DNA from: the human T2T-CHM13v2.0 reference genome, Homo sapiens
Reading direction: 5' to 3' (one strand)
DNA length: 64,000 bases
Assembly (NCBI RefSeq): GCF_009914755.1
Contig: NC_060925.1
Position numbers and translations under genes: made by a program. The stretch's first letter is position 1. Each line of letters starts with the position of its first letter. Below, piece by piece: positions 1 through 14,100 of the stretch. The notes under the pieces were generated by a model that did not search any database, was not told the origin of the DNA, and saw only the letters and a program-made list of their open reading frames with translations.

Positions 1-1875
1 TGGATTTATCGAATGCAACCGAATGGAATTATCGAATGCAATCGAATAGAATCATCGAATGGACTCGAATGGAATCATCGAATGGAATGCAATGGATTAA
101 TCCATGGACTCGAATTCAATCACCATCGAATACAATCGATTGGAGTCATCGAATCGACTCAAATGGAATAATCATTGAATGGAATCGAATGGAATCATCG
201 AGTGGAATCGAATGGAATCATGATCAAATGGAATCGAATGTAATCATCATCAAATGGAATCAAAAATAAACATCATCAATAGGTATTGAATGGAATTGTC
301 ATCAAACGCAATTCAAAGGAATCATCATCAAATGGAACCGAATGGAATCCTCATTGAATGTAAATGAAAGGAGTCATCATCTAATGGAATCGCATGGAAT
401 CATCATCAAATGGAATCGAATGGAATCATCATCAAATGGAATCTAATGGAATCACTGAACGGAATTGAATGGAATCGTCATCGAATGAATTGAATGCAAT
501 CAACGAATGGTCTCGAATGGAGACATCTCCAAATGGAATGGAATGGAATCATCGCATAGAATCGAATGGAATTATCATCGAATGGACTCGAATGTAATCA
601 ACATCAAACGAAAAAAAACGGAATTATCGAATGGAATCGAAGAGAATCATCGAATGGACTCGAATGGAATCATCTAATAGAATGGAATGGAAGAATCCAT
701 GGACCCGAATGCAATCATCATCGAATGGAATCGAATGGAATCATCGAATGGACTCGAATGGAATAATCATTGAACGGAATCGAATGGAATCATCATCAGA
801 TGGAAACGAATGGAATCATCATCGAATGGAATCGAATGGGATCATCAAATGGAATCAGATGGAATCATCATCAAATGGAATCGAATAGAATTATGGAATG
901 AAATCCAATGTGATCATCATTGAATGGACTCGAATGGAATCATCATCCAATGGAAACTAATGGAGTCAACATCGAATGGAATCGAATGGAAACACCATCG
1001 AATTGAAACGAATGGAATTATCATGAAATTGAAATGGATGGACTCATCATCGAATGGATTCGAATGGAATCATCGAATGAAATTGATTGAAATCATCATC
1101 AAATGGAATCGAAAGGAATCATTGAATGGAATCGAATGGAATAATCATCAGATGGAAATGAATCGAATCATCATAGAATGGAATCGCATGGATTCATTGA
1201 ATGGAATCAGATGGAATCATCGAATGGACTTGAATGGAATCGTTGAATGGACTTGAATGGAATCATTATTGAATGGAATTGAATAGAATCATCGAATGAT
1301 CTCGAATGGAATCATTATCAAATGAAGTTGAATGGAATCACCGAATAGAATCGAATGGAACAATCATCGAATGGACTCAAATGGAATTATCTTCAAATGG
1401 AATCAAATGGATTTATCGAATGCAATCGAATGGAATTATCGAATGCAATCGAATACAATCATCAAATGGACTCGAATGGAATCATCGAATGGAATGCAAT
1501 GGATTAATCCATGGACTCGAATTCAATCACCATCGAATACAATCGAAAGGAGTCATCGAATCGACTCAAATGGAATAATCATTGAATGGAATCGAATGGA
1601 ATCATCGAGTGGAATCAAATGGAATCATGATCAAATGGAATCGAATGTAATCATCATCAAATGGAATCAAAAATAAACATCATCAATAGGTATTGAATGG
1701 AATTGTCATCAAACGGAATTCAAAGGAATCATCATCAAATGGAACCGAATGGAATCCTCATTGAATGGAAATGAAAGGAGTCATCATCTAAAGGAATCGC
1801 ATGGAATCATCATCAAATGGAATCGAATGGAATCATCATCAAATGGAATCTAATGGAATCATTGAACGGAATTGA

Positions 1876-3282
1876 ATGGAATCGTCATCGAATGAATTGA
1901 ATGCAATCAACGAATGGTCTCGAATGGAACCACCTCCAAATGGAATGGAATGGAATCATCGCATAGAATCGAATGGAATTATCATCGAATGGACTCGAAT
2001 GGAATCAACATCAAACGGAATCAAACGGAATTATCGAATGGAATCGAAGAGAATCATCGAACGGACTCGAATGGAATCATCTAATGGAATGGAATGGAAG
2101 AATCCATGGACTCGAATGCAATCATCATCGAATGGAATCGAATGGAATCATCGAATGGACTCGAATAGAATAATCATTGAACGGAATCGAATGGAATCAT
2201 CATCGGATGGAAACGAATGGAATCATCATCGAATGGAATCGAATGGGATCATCAAATGGAATCAGATGGAATCATCATCAAATGGAATCGAATAGAATTA
2301 TGGAATGAAATCCAATGTGATCATCATTGAATGGACTCGAATGGAATCATCATCCAATGGAAACTAATGGAATCAACATCGAATGGAATCGAATGGAAAC
2401 ACCATCGAATTGAAACGAATGGAATTATCATGAAATTGAAATGGATGGACTCATCATCGAATGGATTCGAATGGAATCATCGAATGAAATTGATTGAAAT
2501 CATCATCAAATGGAATCGAAAGGAATCATTGAATGGAATCGAATGGAATCATCATCAGATGGAAATGAATGGAATCATCATAGAATGGAATCGCATGGAT
2601 TCATTGAATGGAATCAGATGGAATCATCGAATGGGCTTGAATGGAATCGTTGAAAGGACTCGAATGGAATCATTATGGAATGGAATTGAATAGAATCATC
2701 GAATGGTCTCGAATGGAATCATTATCAAAGGAAGTCGAATGGAATCACCGAATAGAATCGAATGGAACAATCATCGAATGGACTCAAATGGAATTATCCT
2801 CAAATGGAATCAAATGGATTAATCGAATGCAATCAAATGGAATTATCGAATGCAATCGAATAGAATCATCGAATGGACTCGAATGGAATCATCGAATGGA
2901 ATGCAATGGATTAATCCATGGACTCGAATTCAATCACCATCGAATACAATCGAATGGAGTCATCGAATCGACTCAAATGGAATAATCATTGAATGGAATC
3001 GAATGGAATCATCGAGTGGAATCGAATGGAATCATGATCAAATGGAATCGAATGTAATCATCATCAAATGGAATCAAAAATAAACATCATCAATTGGTAT
3101 TGAATGGAATTGTCATCAAATGGAATTCAAAGGAATCATCATCAAATGGAACCGAATGGAATCCTCATTGAATGGAAATGAAAGGAGTCATCATCTAATG
3201 GAATCGCATGGAATCATCATCAAATGGAATCGAATGGAATCATCATCAAATGGAATCTAATGGAATCATTGAACGGAATTGA
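1876..3282 (+). repeat. Representative class A monomer (1407 bp)
   Basis: Anchor-to-anchor distance is 1407 (also 469, 8297, 9704, 16203, 18958, 26864, 29619, 32374, 36424, 49625, 52331, 55050); 1406-bp variants start at 4604, 12432, 13838, 20365, 23092, 24498, 46039. Diagnostic motifs: ATGGGATCATC, CCAATGTGATCATCATTG, GAAGTCG, GGATTAATCCATGGACTCGAATTCAATCACCATCG. Confidence 0.9.
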
Positions 3283-6200
3283 ATGGAATCGTCATCGAAT
3301 GAATTCAATGCAATCAACGAATGGTCTCGAATGGAACCACCTCCAAATGGAATGGAATGGAATCATCGCATAGAATCGAATGGAATTATCATCGAATGGA
3401 CTCGAATGCAATCAACATCAAACGGAATCAAACGGAATTATGGAATGGAATCGAAGAGAATCATCGAATGGACTCGAATGGAATCATCTAATGGAATGGA
3501 ATGGAAGAATCCATGGTCTCGAATGCAATCATCATCGAATGGAATTGAATGGAATCATCGAATGGACTCGAATGGAATAATCATTGAACGGAATCGAATG
3601 GAATCATCATCGGATGGAAACGAATGGAATCATCAAATGGAATCAGATGGAATCATCATCAAATGGAATCGAATAGAATTATGGAATGAAATCCATTGTG
3701 ATCATCATCGAATGGACTAGAATGGAATCATCATCCAATGGAAACTAATGGAATCAACATCGAATGGAATCGAATGGAAACACCATCGAATTGAAACGAA
3801 TGGAATTATCATGAAATTGAAATGGATGGACTCACCATCGAATGGATTCGAATGGAATCATCGAATGAAATTGATTGAAATCATCATCAAATGGAATCGA
3901 ATGGAATCATTGAATGGAATCGAATGGAATCATCATCAGATGGAAATGAATGGAATCATCATAGAATGGAATCGAGTGGATTCATTGAATGGAATCAGAT
4001 GGAATCATCGAATGGACTTGAATGGAATCATTGAATGGACTCGAATGGAATCATTATTGAATGGAATTGAATGGAATCATCGAATGGTCTCGAATGGAAT
4101 CATTATCAAATGGAATCGAATGGAATCACCGAATAGAATCGAATGGAACAATCATCGAATGGACTCAAATGGAATTATCCTCAAATGGAATCGAATGGAA
4201 TTATCGAATGCAATCGAATGCAAAAATCGAATGCAATCGAATAGAATCATCGAATGGACTTGAAAGGAATCATCGATTGAAATGCAATGGAATAGTCAAT
4301 GAACTCGAATGGAATCATCATTGAATGGAATCATCGAGTGGAATCGAATGGAATCATGTTCAAATGGAATCGAAAGTAATCATCATCAAATGGAATCAAA
4401 AATAACCATCATCAATTGGTATTGAATGGAATTGTCACCAAACGGAATTCAAAGGAATCATCATCAAATGGAGCCGAATGTAATCCTCATTGAATGGAAA
4501 TGAAAGGAGTCATCATCTAATGGAATCGCATGGAATCATCATCAAATGGAATCGAATGGAATCATCGCCAATGGAATATAACGGAAGCATTGAACGGAAT
4601 TGAATGGAATCGTCATCGAATGATTGAATGCAATCAACGAATGGTCTCGAATGGAACCACATCCAAATGGAATGGAATGGAATCATCGCATAGAATCGAA
4701 TGGAATTATCATCGAATGGACTCGAATGGAATCAACATCAAACGGAATCAAACGGAATTATCGAATGGAATCGAAGAGAATCATCGAACGGACTCGAATG
4801 GAATCATCTAATGGAATGGAATGGAAGAATCCATGGACTCGAATGCAATCATCATCGAATGGAATCGAATGGAATCATCGAATGGACTCGAATAGAATAA
4901 TCATTGAACGGAATCGAATGGAATCATCATCGGATGGAAACGAATGGAATCATCATCGAATGGAATCGAATGGGATCATCAAATGGAATCAGATGGAATC
5001 ATCATCAAATGGAATCGAATAGAATTATGGAATGAAATCCAATGTGATCATCATTGAATGGACTCCAATGGAATCATCATCCAATGGAAACTAATGGAAT
5101 CAACATCGAATGGAATCGAATGGAAACACTATCGAATTGAAACGAATGGAATTATCATGAAATTGAAATGGATGGACTCATCATCGAATGGATTCGAATG
5201 GAATCATCGAATGAAATTGATTGAAATCATCATCAAATGGAATCGAAAGGAATCATTGAATGGAATCGAATGGAATCATCATCAGATGGAAATGAATGGA
5301 ATCATCATAGAATGGAATCGCATGGATTCATTGAATGGAATCAGATGGAATCATCGAATGGACTTGAATGGAATCGTTGAATGGACCCGAATGGAATCAT
5401 TATTGAATGGAATTGAATAGAATCATCGAATGGTCTCGAATGGAATAATTATCAAATGATGTCGAATGGAATCACCGAATAGAATCGAATGGAACAATCA
5501 TCGAATGGACTCAAATGGAATTATCTTCAAATGGAATCAAATGGATTTATCGAATGCAATCGAATGGAATTATCGAATGCAATCGAATAGAATCATCGAA
5601 TGGACTCGAATGGAATCATCGAATGGAATGCAATGGATTAATCCATGGACTCGAATTCAATCACCATCGAATACAATCGAATGGAGTCATCGAATCGACT
5701 CAAATGGAATAATCATTGAATGGAATCGAATGGAATCATCGAGTGGAATCGAATGGAATCATGATCAAATGGAATCGAATGTAATCATCATCAAATGGAA
5801 TCAAAAATAAACATCATCAATAGGTATTGAATGGAATTGTCATCAAACGGAATTCAAAGGAATCATCATCAAATGGAACCGAATGGAATCCTCATTGAAT
5901 GGAAATGAAAGGATTCATCATCTAATGGAATCGCATGGAATCGTCATCAAATGGAATCGAATGGAATCATCATCAAATGGAATCTAATGGAATCATTGAG
6001 CGGAATTGAATGGAATCGTCATCGAATGAATTGAATGCAATCAACGAATGGTCTCGAATGGAACCACCTCCAAATGGAATGGAATGGAATCATCGCATAG
6101 AATCGAATGGAATTATCATCGAATGGACTCGAATGGAATCAACATCAAACGGAATCAAACGGAATTATCAAATGGAATCGAAGAGAATCATCGAACGGAC

Positions 6201-9200
6201 TCGAATGGAATCATCTAATGGAATGGAATGGAAGAATCCATGGACTCGAATGCAATCATCATCGAATGGAATCGAATGGAATCATCGAATGGACTCGAAT
6301 GGAATAATCATTGAACGGAATCGAATGAATCATCATCGGATAGAAACGAATGGAATCATCATCGAATGGAATCGAATGGGATCATCAAATGGAATCAGAT
6401 GGAATCATCATCAAATGGAATCGAATAGAATTATGGAATGAAATCCAATGTGATCATCATTGAATGGACTCGAATGGAATCATCATCCAATGGAAACTAA
6501 TGGTATCAACATCGAATGGAATCGAATGGAAACACCATCGAATTGAAACGAATGGAATTATCATGAAATTGAAATGGATGGACTCATCATCGAATGGATT
6601 CGAATGGAATCATCGAATGAAATTGATTGAAATCATCATCAAATGGAATCGAAAGGAATCATTGAATGGAATCGAATGGAATCATCATCAGATGGAAATG
6701 AATGGAATCATCATAGAATGGAATCGAATGGATTCATTGAGTGAAATCAGATGGAATCATCGAATGGACTTGAATACAATCGTTGAATGGACTCGAATGG
6801 AATCATTATTGAATGGAATTGAATAGAATCATCGAATGGTCTCGAATGGAATCATTATCAAATGAAGTCGAATGGAATCACCGAATAGAATCGAATGGAA
6901 CAATCATCGAATGGACTCAAATGGAATTATCCTCAAATGGAATCAAATGGATTTATGGAATGAAATAGAATGGAATTATCGAATGCAATCGAATAGAATC
7001 ATCGAATGGACTCGAATGGAATCATCGAGTGGAATGCAATGGATTAATCCATGGACTCGAGTTCAATCACCATCGAATACAATCGAACGGAGTCATTGAA
7101 TCGACTCAAATGGAATAATCATTGAATGGAATCGAATGGAATCATCGAGTGGAGTCGAATGGAATCATGATCAAATGGAATCGAATGTAATCATCATCAA
7201 ATGGAATCAAAAATAAACATCATCAATTGGTATTGAATGGAATTGTCATCAAATGGAATTCAAAGGAATCATCATCAAATGGAACCGAATGGAATCATCA
7301 TCAAATGGAATCTAATGGAATCATTGAACGGAATTGAATGGAATCGTCATCGAATGAATTGAATGCAATCAACGAATGGTCTCGAATGAAACCACATCCA
7401 AATGGAATGGGATGGAATCATCGCATAGAATCGAATGGAATTATCATCGAATGGACTCGAATGGAATCAACATCAAACGGAATCAAACGGAATTATCGAA
7501 TGGAATCGAAGAGAATCATCGAATGGACTCGAATGGAATCATCTAATGGAATGAAATGGAAGAATCCATGGACTCGAATGCAATCATCATCGAATGGAAT
7601 CGAATGGAATCATTGAATGGAATCATCATCAGATGGAAATGAATGGAATCATCATAGAATGGAATGGAATGGATTCATTGAATGGAATCAGATGGAATCA
7701 TCGAATGGACTTGAATGGAATCATTGAATGGACTCGAATGGAATCATTATTGAATGGAATTGAATGGAATCTTCGAATGGTCTCGAATGGAATCATTATC
7801 AAATGGAATCGAATGGAATCACCGAATAGAATCGAATGGAACAATCATCGAATGGACTCAAATGGAATTATCCTCAAATGGAATCGAATGGAATTATCGA
7901 ATGCAATCGAATTTAATTATCGAATGCAATCGAATAGAATCATCGAATGGACTTGAAAGGAATCATCGATTGAAATGGAATGGAATAGTCAATGAACTCT
8001 AATGGAATCAACATTGAATGGAATCATCGAGTGGAATCGAATGGAATCATGATAAAATGGAATAGAAAGTAATCATCATCAAATGGAATCAAAAATAACC
8101 ATCATCAATTGTTATTGAATGGAATTGTCATCAAACGGAATTCAAAGGAATCATCATCAAATGGGCCGAATGGAATCCTCATTGAATGGAAATGAAAGGA
8201 GTCATCATCTAATGGAATCGCATGGAATCATCATCAAATGGAATCGAATGGAATCATCATCAAATGGAATCTAATGGAATCATTGAACGGAATTGAATGG
8301 AATCGTCATCGAATGAATTGAATGCAATCAACGAATGGTCTCGAATGGAACCACCTCCAAATGGAATGGAATGGAATCATCGCATAGAATCGAATGGAAT
8401 TATCATCGCATGGACCCGAATGGAATCAACATCAAACGGAATCAAACGGAATTATCGAATGGAATCGAAGAGAATCATCGAACGGACTCGAATGGAATCA
8501 TCTAATGGAATGGAATGGAAGAATCCATGGACTCGAATGCAATCATCATCGAATGGAATCGAATGGAATCATCGAATGGACTCGAATGGAATAATCATTG
8601 AGCGGAATCGAATGGATTCATCTTCGGATGGAAACGAATGGAATCATCATCGAATGGAATCGAATGGGAACATCAAATGGAATCAGATGGAATCATCATC
8701 AAATGGAATCCAATAGAATTATGGAATGAAATCCAATGTGATCATCATTGAATGGACTCGAATGGAATCATCATCCAATGGAAACTAATGGAATCAACAT
8801 CGAATGGAAGAGAATGGAAACACCATCGAATTGAAACGAATGAAATTATCATGAAATTGAAATGGATGGACTCATCATCGAATGGATTCGAATGGAATCA
8901 TCGAATGAAATTGATTGAAATCATCATCAAATGGAATCGAAAGGAATCATTGAATGGAATCGAATGGAATCATCATCAGATGGAAATGAATGGAATCATC
9001 ATAGAATGGAATCGAATGGATTCATTGAGTGAAATCAGATGGAATCATCGAATGGACTTGAATGGAATCGTTGAATGGACTCGAATGGAATCATTATTGA
9101 ATGGAATTGAATAGAATCATCGAATGGTCTCGAATGGAATCATTATCAAATGAAGTCGAATGGAATCACCGAATAGAACCGAACGGAACAATCATCGAAT

Positions 9201-11110
9201 GGACTCAAATGGAATTATCCTCAAATGGAACCAAATGGATTTATCGAATGCAATCGAATGGAATTATCGAATGCAATCAAATAGAATCATCGAATGGACT
9301 CGAATGGAATCATCGAGTGGAATGCAATTTATTAATCCATGGACTCGAATTCAATCACCATCGAATACAATCGAATGGAGTCATCGAATCGACCCAAATG
9401 GAATAATCATTGAATGGAATCGATTGGAATCATCGAGTGGAATCGAATGGAATCATGATCAAATGGAATCGAATGTAATCATCATCAAATGGAATCAAAA
9501 ATAAACATCATCAATTGGTATTGAATGGAATTGTCATCAAATGGAATTCAAAGGAATCATCATCAAATGGAACCGAATGGAATCCTCATTGAATGGAAAT
9601 GAAAGGGGTCATCATCTAATGGAATCGCATGGAATCATCATCAAATGGAATCGAATGGAATCATCATCAAATGGAATCTAATGGAATCACTGAACGGAAT
9701 TGAATGGAATCGTCATCGAATGAATTGAATGCAATCAACGTATGGTCTCGAATGGAGACATCTCCAAATGGAATGGAATGGAATCATCGCATAGAATCGA
9801 ATGGAATTATCATCGAATGGACTCGAATGGAATCAACATCAAACGGAATCAAACGGAATTATCGAATGGAATCGAAGAGAATCATCGAACGGTCTCGAAT
9901 GGAATCATCTAATGGAATGGAATGGAAGAATCCATGGACCCGAATGCAATCATCATCGAATGGAATCGAATGGAATCATCGAATGGACTCGAATGGAATA
10001 ATCATTGAACGGAATCGAATGGAATCATCATCGGATGGAAACGAATGGAATCATCATCGAATGGAATTGAATGGGATCATCAAATGGAATCAGATGGAAT
10101 CATCATCAAATGGAATCGAATAGAATTATGGAATGAAATCCAATGTGATCATTATTGAATGCACTCGAATGGAATCATCATCCAATGGAAACTAATGGAA
10201 TCAACATCGAATGGAATCGAATGGAAACACCATCGAATTGAAACGAATGGAATTATCATGAAATTGAAATGGATGGACTCATCATCGAATGGATTCGAAT
10301 GGAATCATCGAATGAAATTGATTGAAATCATCATCAAATGGAATCGAAAGGAATCATTGAATGGAATCGAATGGAATCATCATCAGATGGAAATGAATGG
10401 AATCATCATAGAATGGAATCGAATGGATTCATTGAGTGAAATCAGATGGAATCATCGAATGGACTTGAATGGAATCGTTGAATGGACTCGAATGGAATCA
10501 TTATTGAATGGAATTGAATAGAATCATCGAATGGTCTCGAATGGAATCATTATCAAATGAAGTCGATTGGAATCACCGAATAGAATCGAATGGAACAATC
10601 ATCGAATGGACTCAAATGGAATTATCTTCAAATGGAATCAAATGGATTTATCGAATGCAATCGAATGGAATTATCGAATGCAATCGAATAGAATCATCGA
10701 ATGGACTCGAATGGAATCATCGAATGGAATGCAATGGATTAATCCATGGACTCGAATTCAATCACCATCGAATACAATCGAATGGAGTCATCGAATCGAC
10801 TCAAATGGAATAATCACTGAATGGAATCGAATGGAATCATCGAGTGGAATCGAATGGAATCATGATCAAATGGAATCGAATGTAATCATCATCAAATGGA
10901 ATCAAAAATAAACATCATCAATAGGAATTGAATGGAATTGTCATCAAACGGAATTCAAAGGAATCATCATCAAATGGAACCGAATGGAATCCTCATTGAA
11001 TGGAAATGAAAGGAGTCATCATCTAATGGAATCGCATGGAATCAACATCAAATGGAATCGAATGGAATCATCATCAAATGGAATCTAATGGAATCATTGA
11101 GCGGAATTGA
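3283..11110 (+). repeat. Higher-order repeat copy 1 (6 monomers, 7828 bp: B-A-A(del78)-short B-A-A)
   Basis: Monomer lengths 1321+1406+1328+959+1407+1407. Private variants recur at +7828 (e.g. identical ORFs 4530/12358, 4624/12452, 5058/12886). Confidence 0.85.
7338..8296 (+). repeat. Truncated B monomer (959 bp; sisters at 15244-16202 and 25904-26863)
   Basis: Lacks the GGATGGAAACG...GAAACTAATGG...ATTGATTG segment; junction near 7582-7630; shared variants ATGAAACCACATCC, GGAATGGGATGG, GAATCTTCG. Confidence 0.88.
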
Positions 11111-14100
11111 ATGGAATCGTCATCGAATGAATTCAATGCAATCAACGAATGGTCTCGAATGGAACCACCTCCAAATGGAATGGAATGGAATCATCGCATA
11201 GAATCGAATGGAATTATCATCGAATGGACTCGAATGCAATCAACATCAAACGGAATCAAACGGAATTATGGAATGGAATCGAAGAGAATCATCGAATGGA
11301 CTCGAATGGAATCATCTAATGGAATGGAATGGAAGAATCCATGGTCTCGAATGCAATCATCATCGAATGGAATTGAATGGAATCATCGAATGGACTCGAA
11401 TGGAATAATCATTGAACGGAATCGAATGGAATCATCATCGGATGGAAACGAATGGAATCATCAAATGGAATCAGATGGAATCATCATCAAATGGAATCGA
11501 ATAGAATTATGGAATGAAATCCATTGTGATCATGATCGAATGGACTCGAATGGAATCATCATCCAATGGAAACTAATGGAATCAACATCGAATGGAATCG
11601 AATGGAAACACCATCGAATTGAAACGAATGGAATTATCATGAAATTGAAATGGATGGACTCACCATCGAATGGATTCGAATGGAATCATCGAATGAAATT
11701 GATTGAAATCATCATCAAATGGAATCGAATGGAATCATTGAATGGAATCGAATGGAATCATCATCAGATGGAAATGAATGGAATCATCATAGAATGGAAT
11801 CGAGTGGATTCATTGAATGGAATCAGATGGAATCATCGAATGGACTTGAATGGAATCATTGAATGGACTCGAATGGAATCATTATTGAATGGAATTGAAT
11901 GGAATCATCGAATGGCCTCGAATGGAATCATTATCAAATGGAATCGAATGGAATCACCGAATAGAATCGAATGGAACAATCATCGAATGGACTCAAATGG
12001 AATTATCCTCAAATGGAATCGAATGGAATTATCGAATGCAATCGAATGCAAAAATCGAATGCAATCGAATAGAATCATCGAATGGACTTGAAAGGAATCA
12101 TCGATTGAAATGCAATGGAATAGTCAATGAACGCGAATGGAATCATCATTGAATGGAATCATCGAGTGGAATCGAATGGAATCATGTTCAAATGGAATCG
12201 AAAGTAATCATCATCAAATGGAATCAAAAATAACCATCATCAATTGGTATTGAATGGAATTGTCACCAAACGGAATTCAAAAGAATCATCATCAAATGGA
12301 GCCGAATGTAATCCTCATTGAATGGAAATGAAAGGAGTCATCATCTAATGGAATCGCATGGAATCATCATCAAATGGAATCGAATGGAATCATCGCCAAT
12401 GGAATATAACGGAAGCATTGAACGGAATTGAATGGAATCGTCATCGAATGATTGAATGCAATCAACGAATGGTCTCGAATGGAACCACATCCAAATGGAA
12501 TGGAATGGAATCATCGCATAGAATCGAATGGAATTATCATCGAATGGACTCGAATGGAATCAACATCAAACGGAATCAAACGGAATTATCGAATGGAATC
12601 GAAGAGAATCATCGAACGGACTCGAATGGAATCATCTAATGGAATGGAATGGAAGAATCCATGGACTCGAATGCAATCATCATCGAATGGAATCGAATGG
12701 AATCATCGAATGGACTCGAATAGAATAATCATTGAACGGAATCGAATGGAATCATCATCGGATGGAAACGAATGGAATCATCATCGAATGGAATCGAATG
12801 GGATCATCAAATGGAATCAGATGGAATCATCATCAAATGGAATCGAATAGAATTATGGAATGAAATCCAATGTGATCATCATTGAATGGACTCCAATGGA
12901 ATCATCATCCAATGGAAACTAATGGAATCAACATCGAATGGAATCGAATGGAAACACTATCGAATTGAAACGAATGGAATTATCATGAAATTGAAATGGA
13001 TGGACTCATCATCGAATGGATTCGAATGGAATCATCGAATGAAATTGATTGAAATCATCATCAAATGGAATCGAAAGGAATCATTGAATGGAATCGAATG
13101 GAATCATCATCAGATGGAAATGAATGGAATCATCATAGAATGGAATCGCATGGATTCATTGAATGGAATCAGATGGAATCATCGAATGGACTTGAATGGA
13201 ATCGTTGAATGGACCCGAATGGAATCATTATTGAATGGAATTGAATAGAATCATCGAATGGTCTCGAATGGAATCATTATCAAATGAAGTCGAATGGAAT
13301 CACCGAATAGAATCGAATGGAACAATCATCGAATGGACTCAAATGGAATCATCTTCAAATGGAATCAAATGGATTTATCGAATGCAATCGAATGGAATTA
13401 TCGAATGCAATCGAATAGAATCATCGAATGGACTCGAATGGAATCATCGAATGCAATGCAATGGATTAATCCATGGACTCGAATTCAATCACCATCGAAT
13501 ACAATCGAATGGAGTCATCGAATCGACTCAAATGGAATAATCATTGAATGGAATCGAATGGAATCATCGAGTGGAATCGAATGGAATCATGATCAAATGG
13601 AATCGAATGTAATCATCATCAAATGGAATCAAAAATAAACATCATCAATAGGTATTGAATGGAATTGTCATCAAACGGAATTCAAAGGAATCATCATCAA
13701 ATGGAACCGAATGGAATCCTCATTGAATGGAAATGAAAGGAGTCATCATCTAATGGAATCGCATGGAATCATCATCAAATGGAATCGAATGGAATCATCA
13801 TCAAATGGAATCTAATGGAATCATTGAGCGGAATTGAATGGAATCGTCATCGAATGAATTGAATGCAATCAACGAATGGTCTCGAATGGAACCACCTCCA
13901 AATGGAATGGAATGGAATCATCGCATAGAATCGAATGGAATTATCATCGAATGGACTCGAATGGAATCAACATCAAACGGAATCAAACGGAATTATCAAA
14001 TGGAATCGAAGAGAATCATCGAACGGACTCGAATGGAATCATCTAATGGAATGGAATGGAAGAATCCATGGACTCGAATGCAATCATCATCGAATGGAAT

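Noticed and set aside
264-271. AATAAA hexamer in most A monomers as a polyadenylation signal
   Set aside because: It is a variant within AAAAATAA(A/C)CATC; no GU/U-rich downstream element is visible and there is no transcript evidence.
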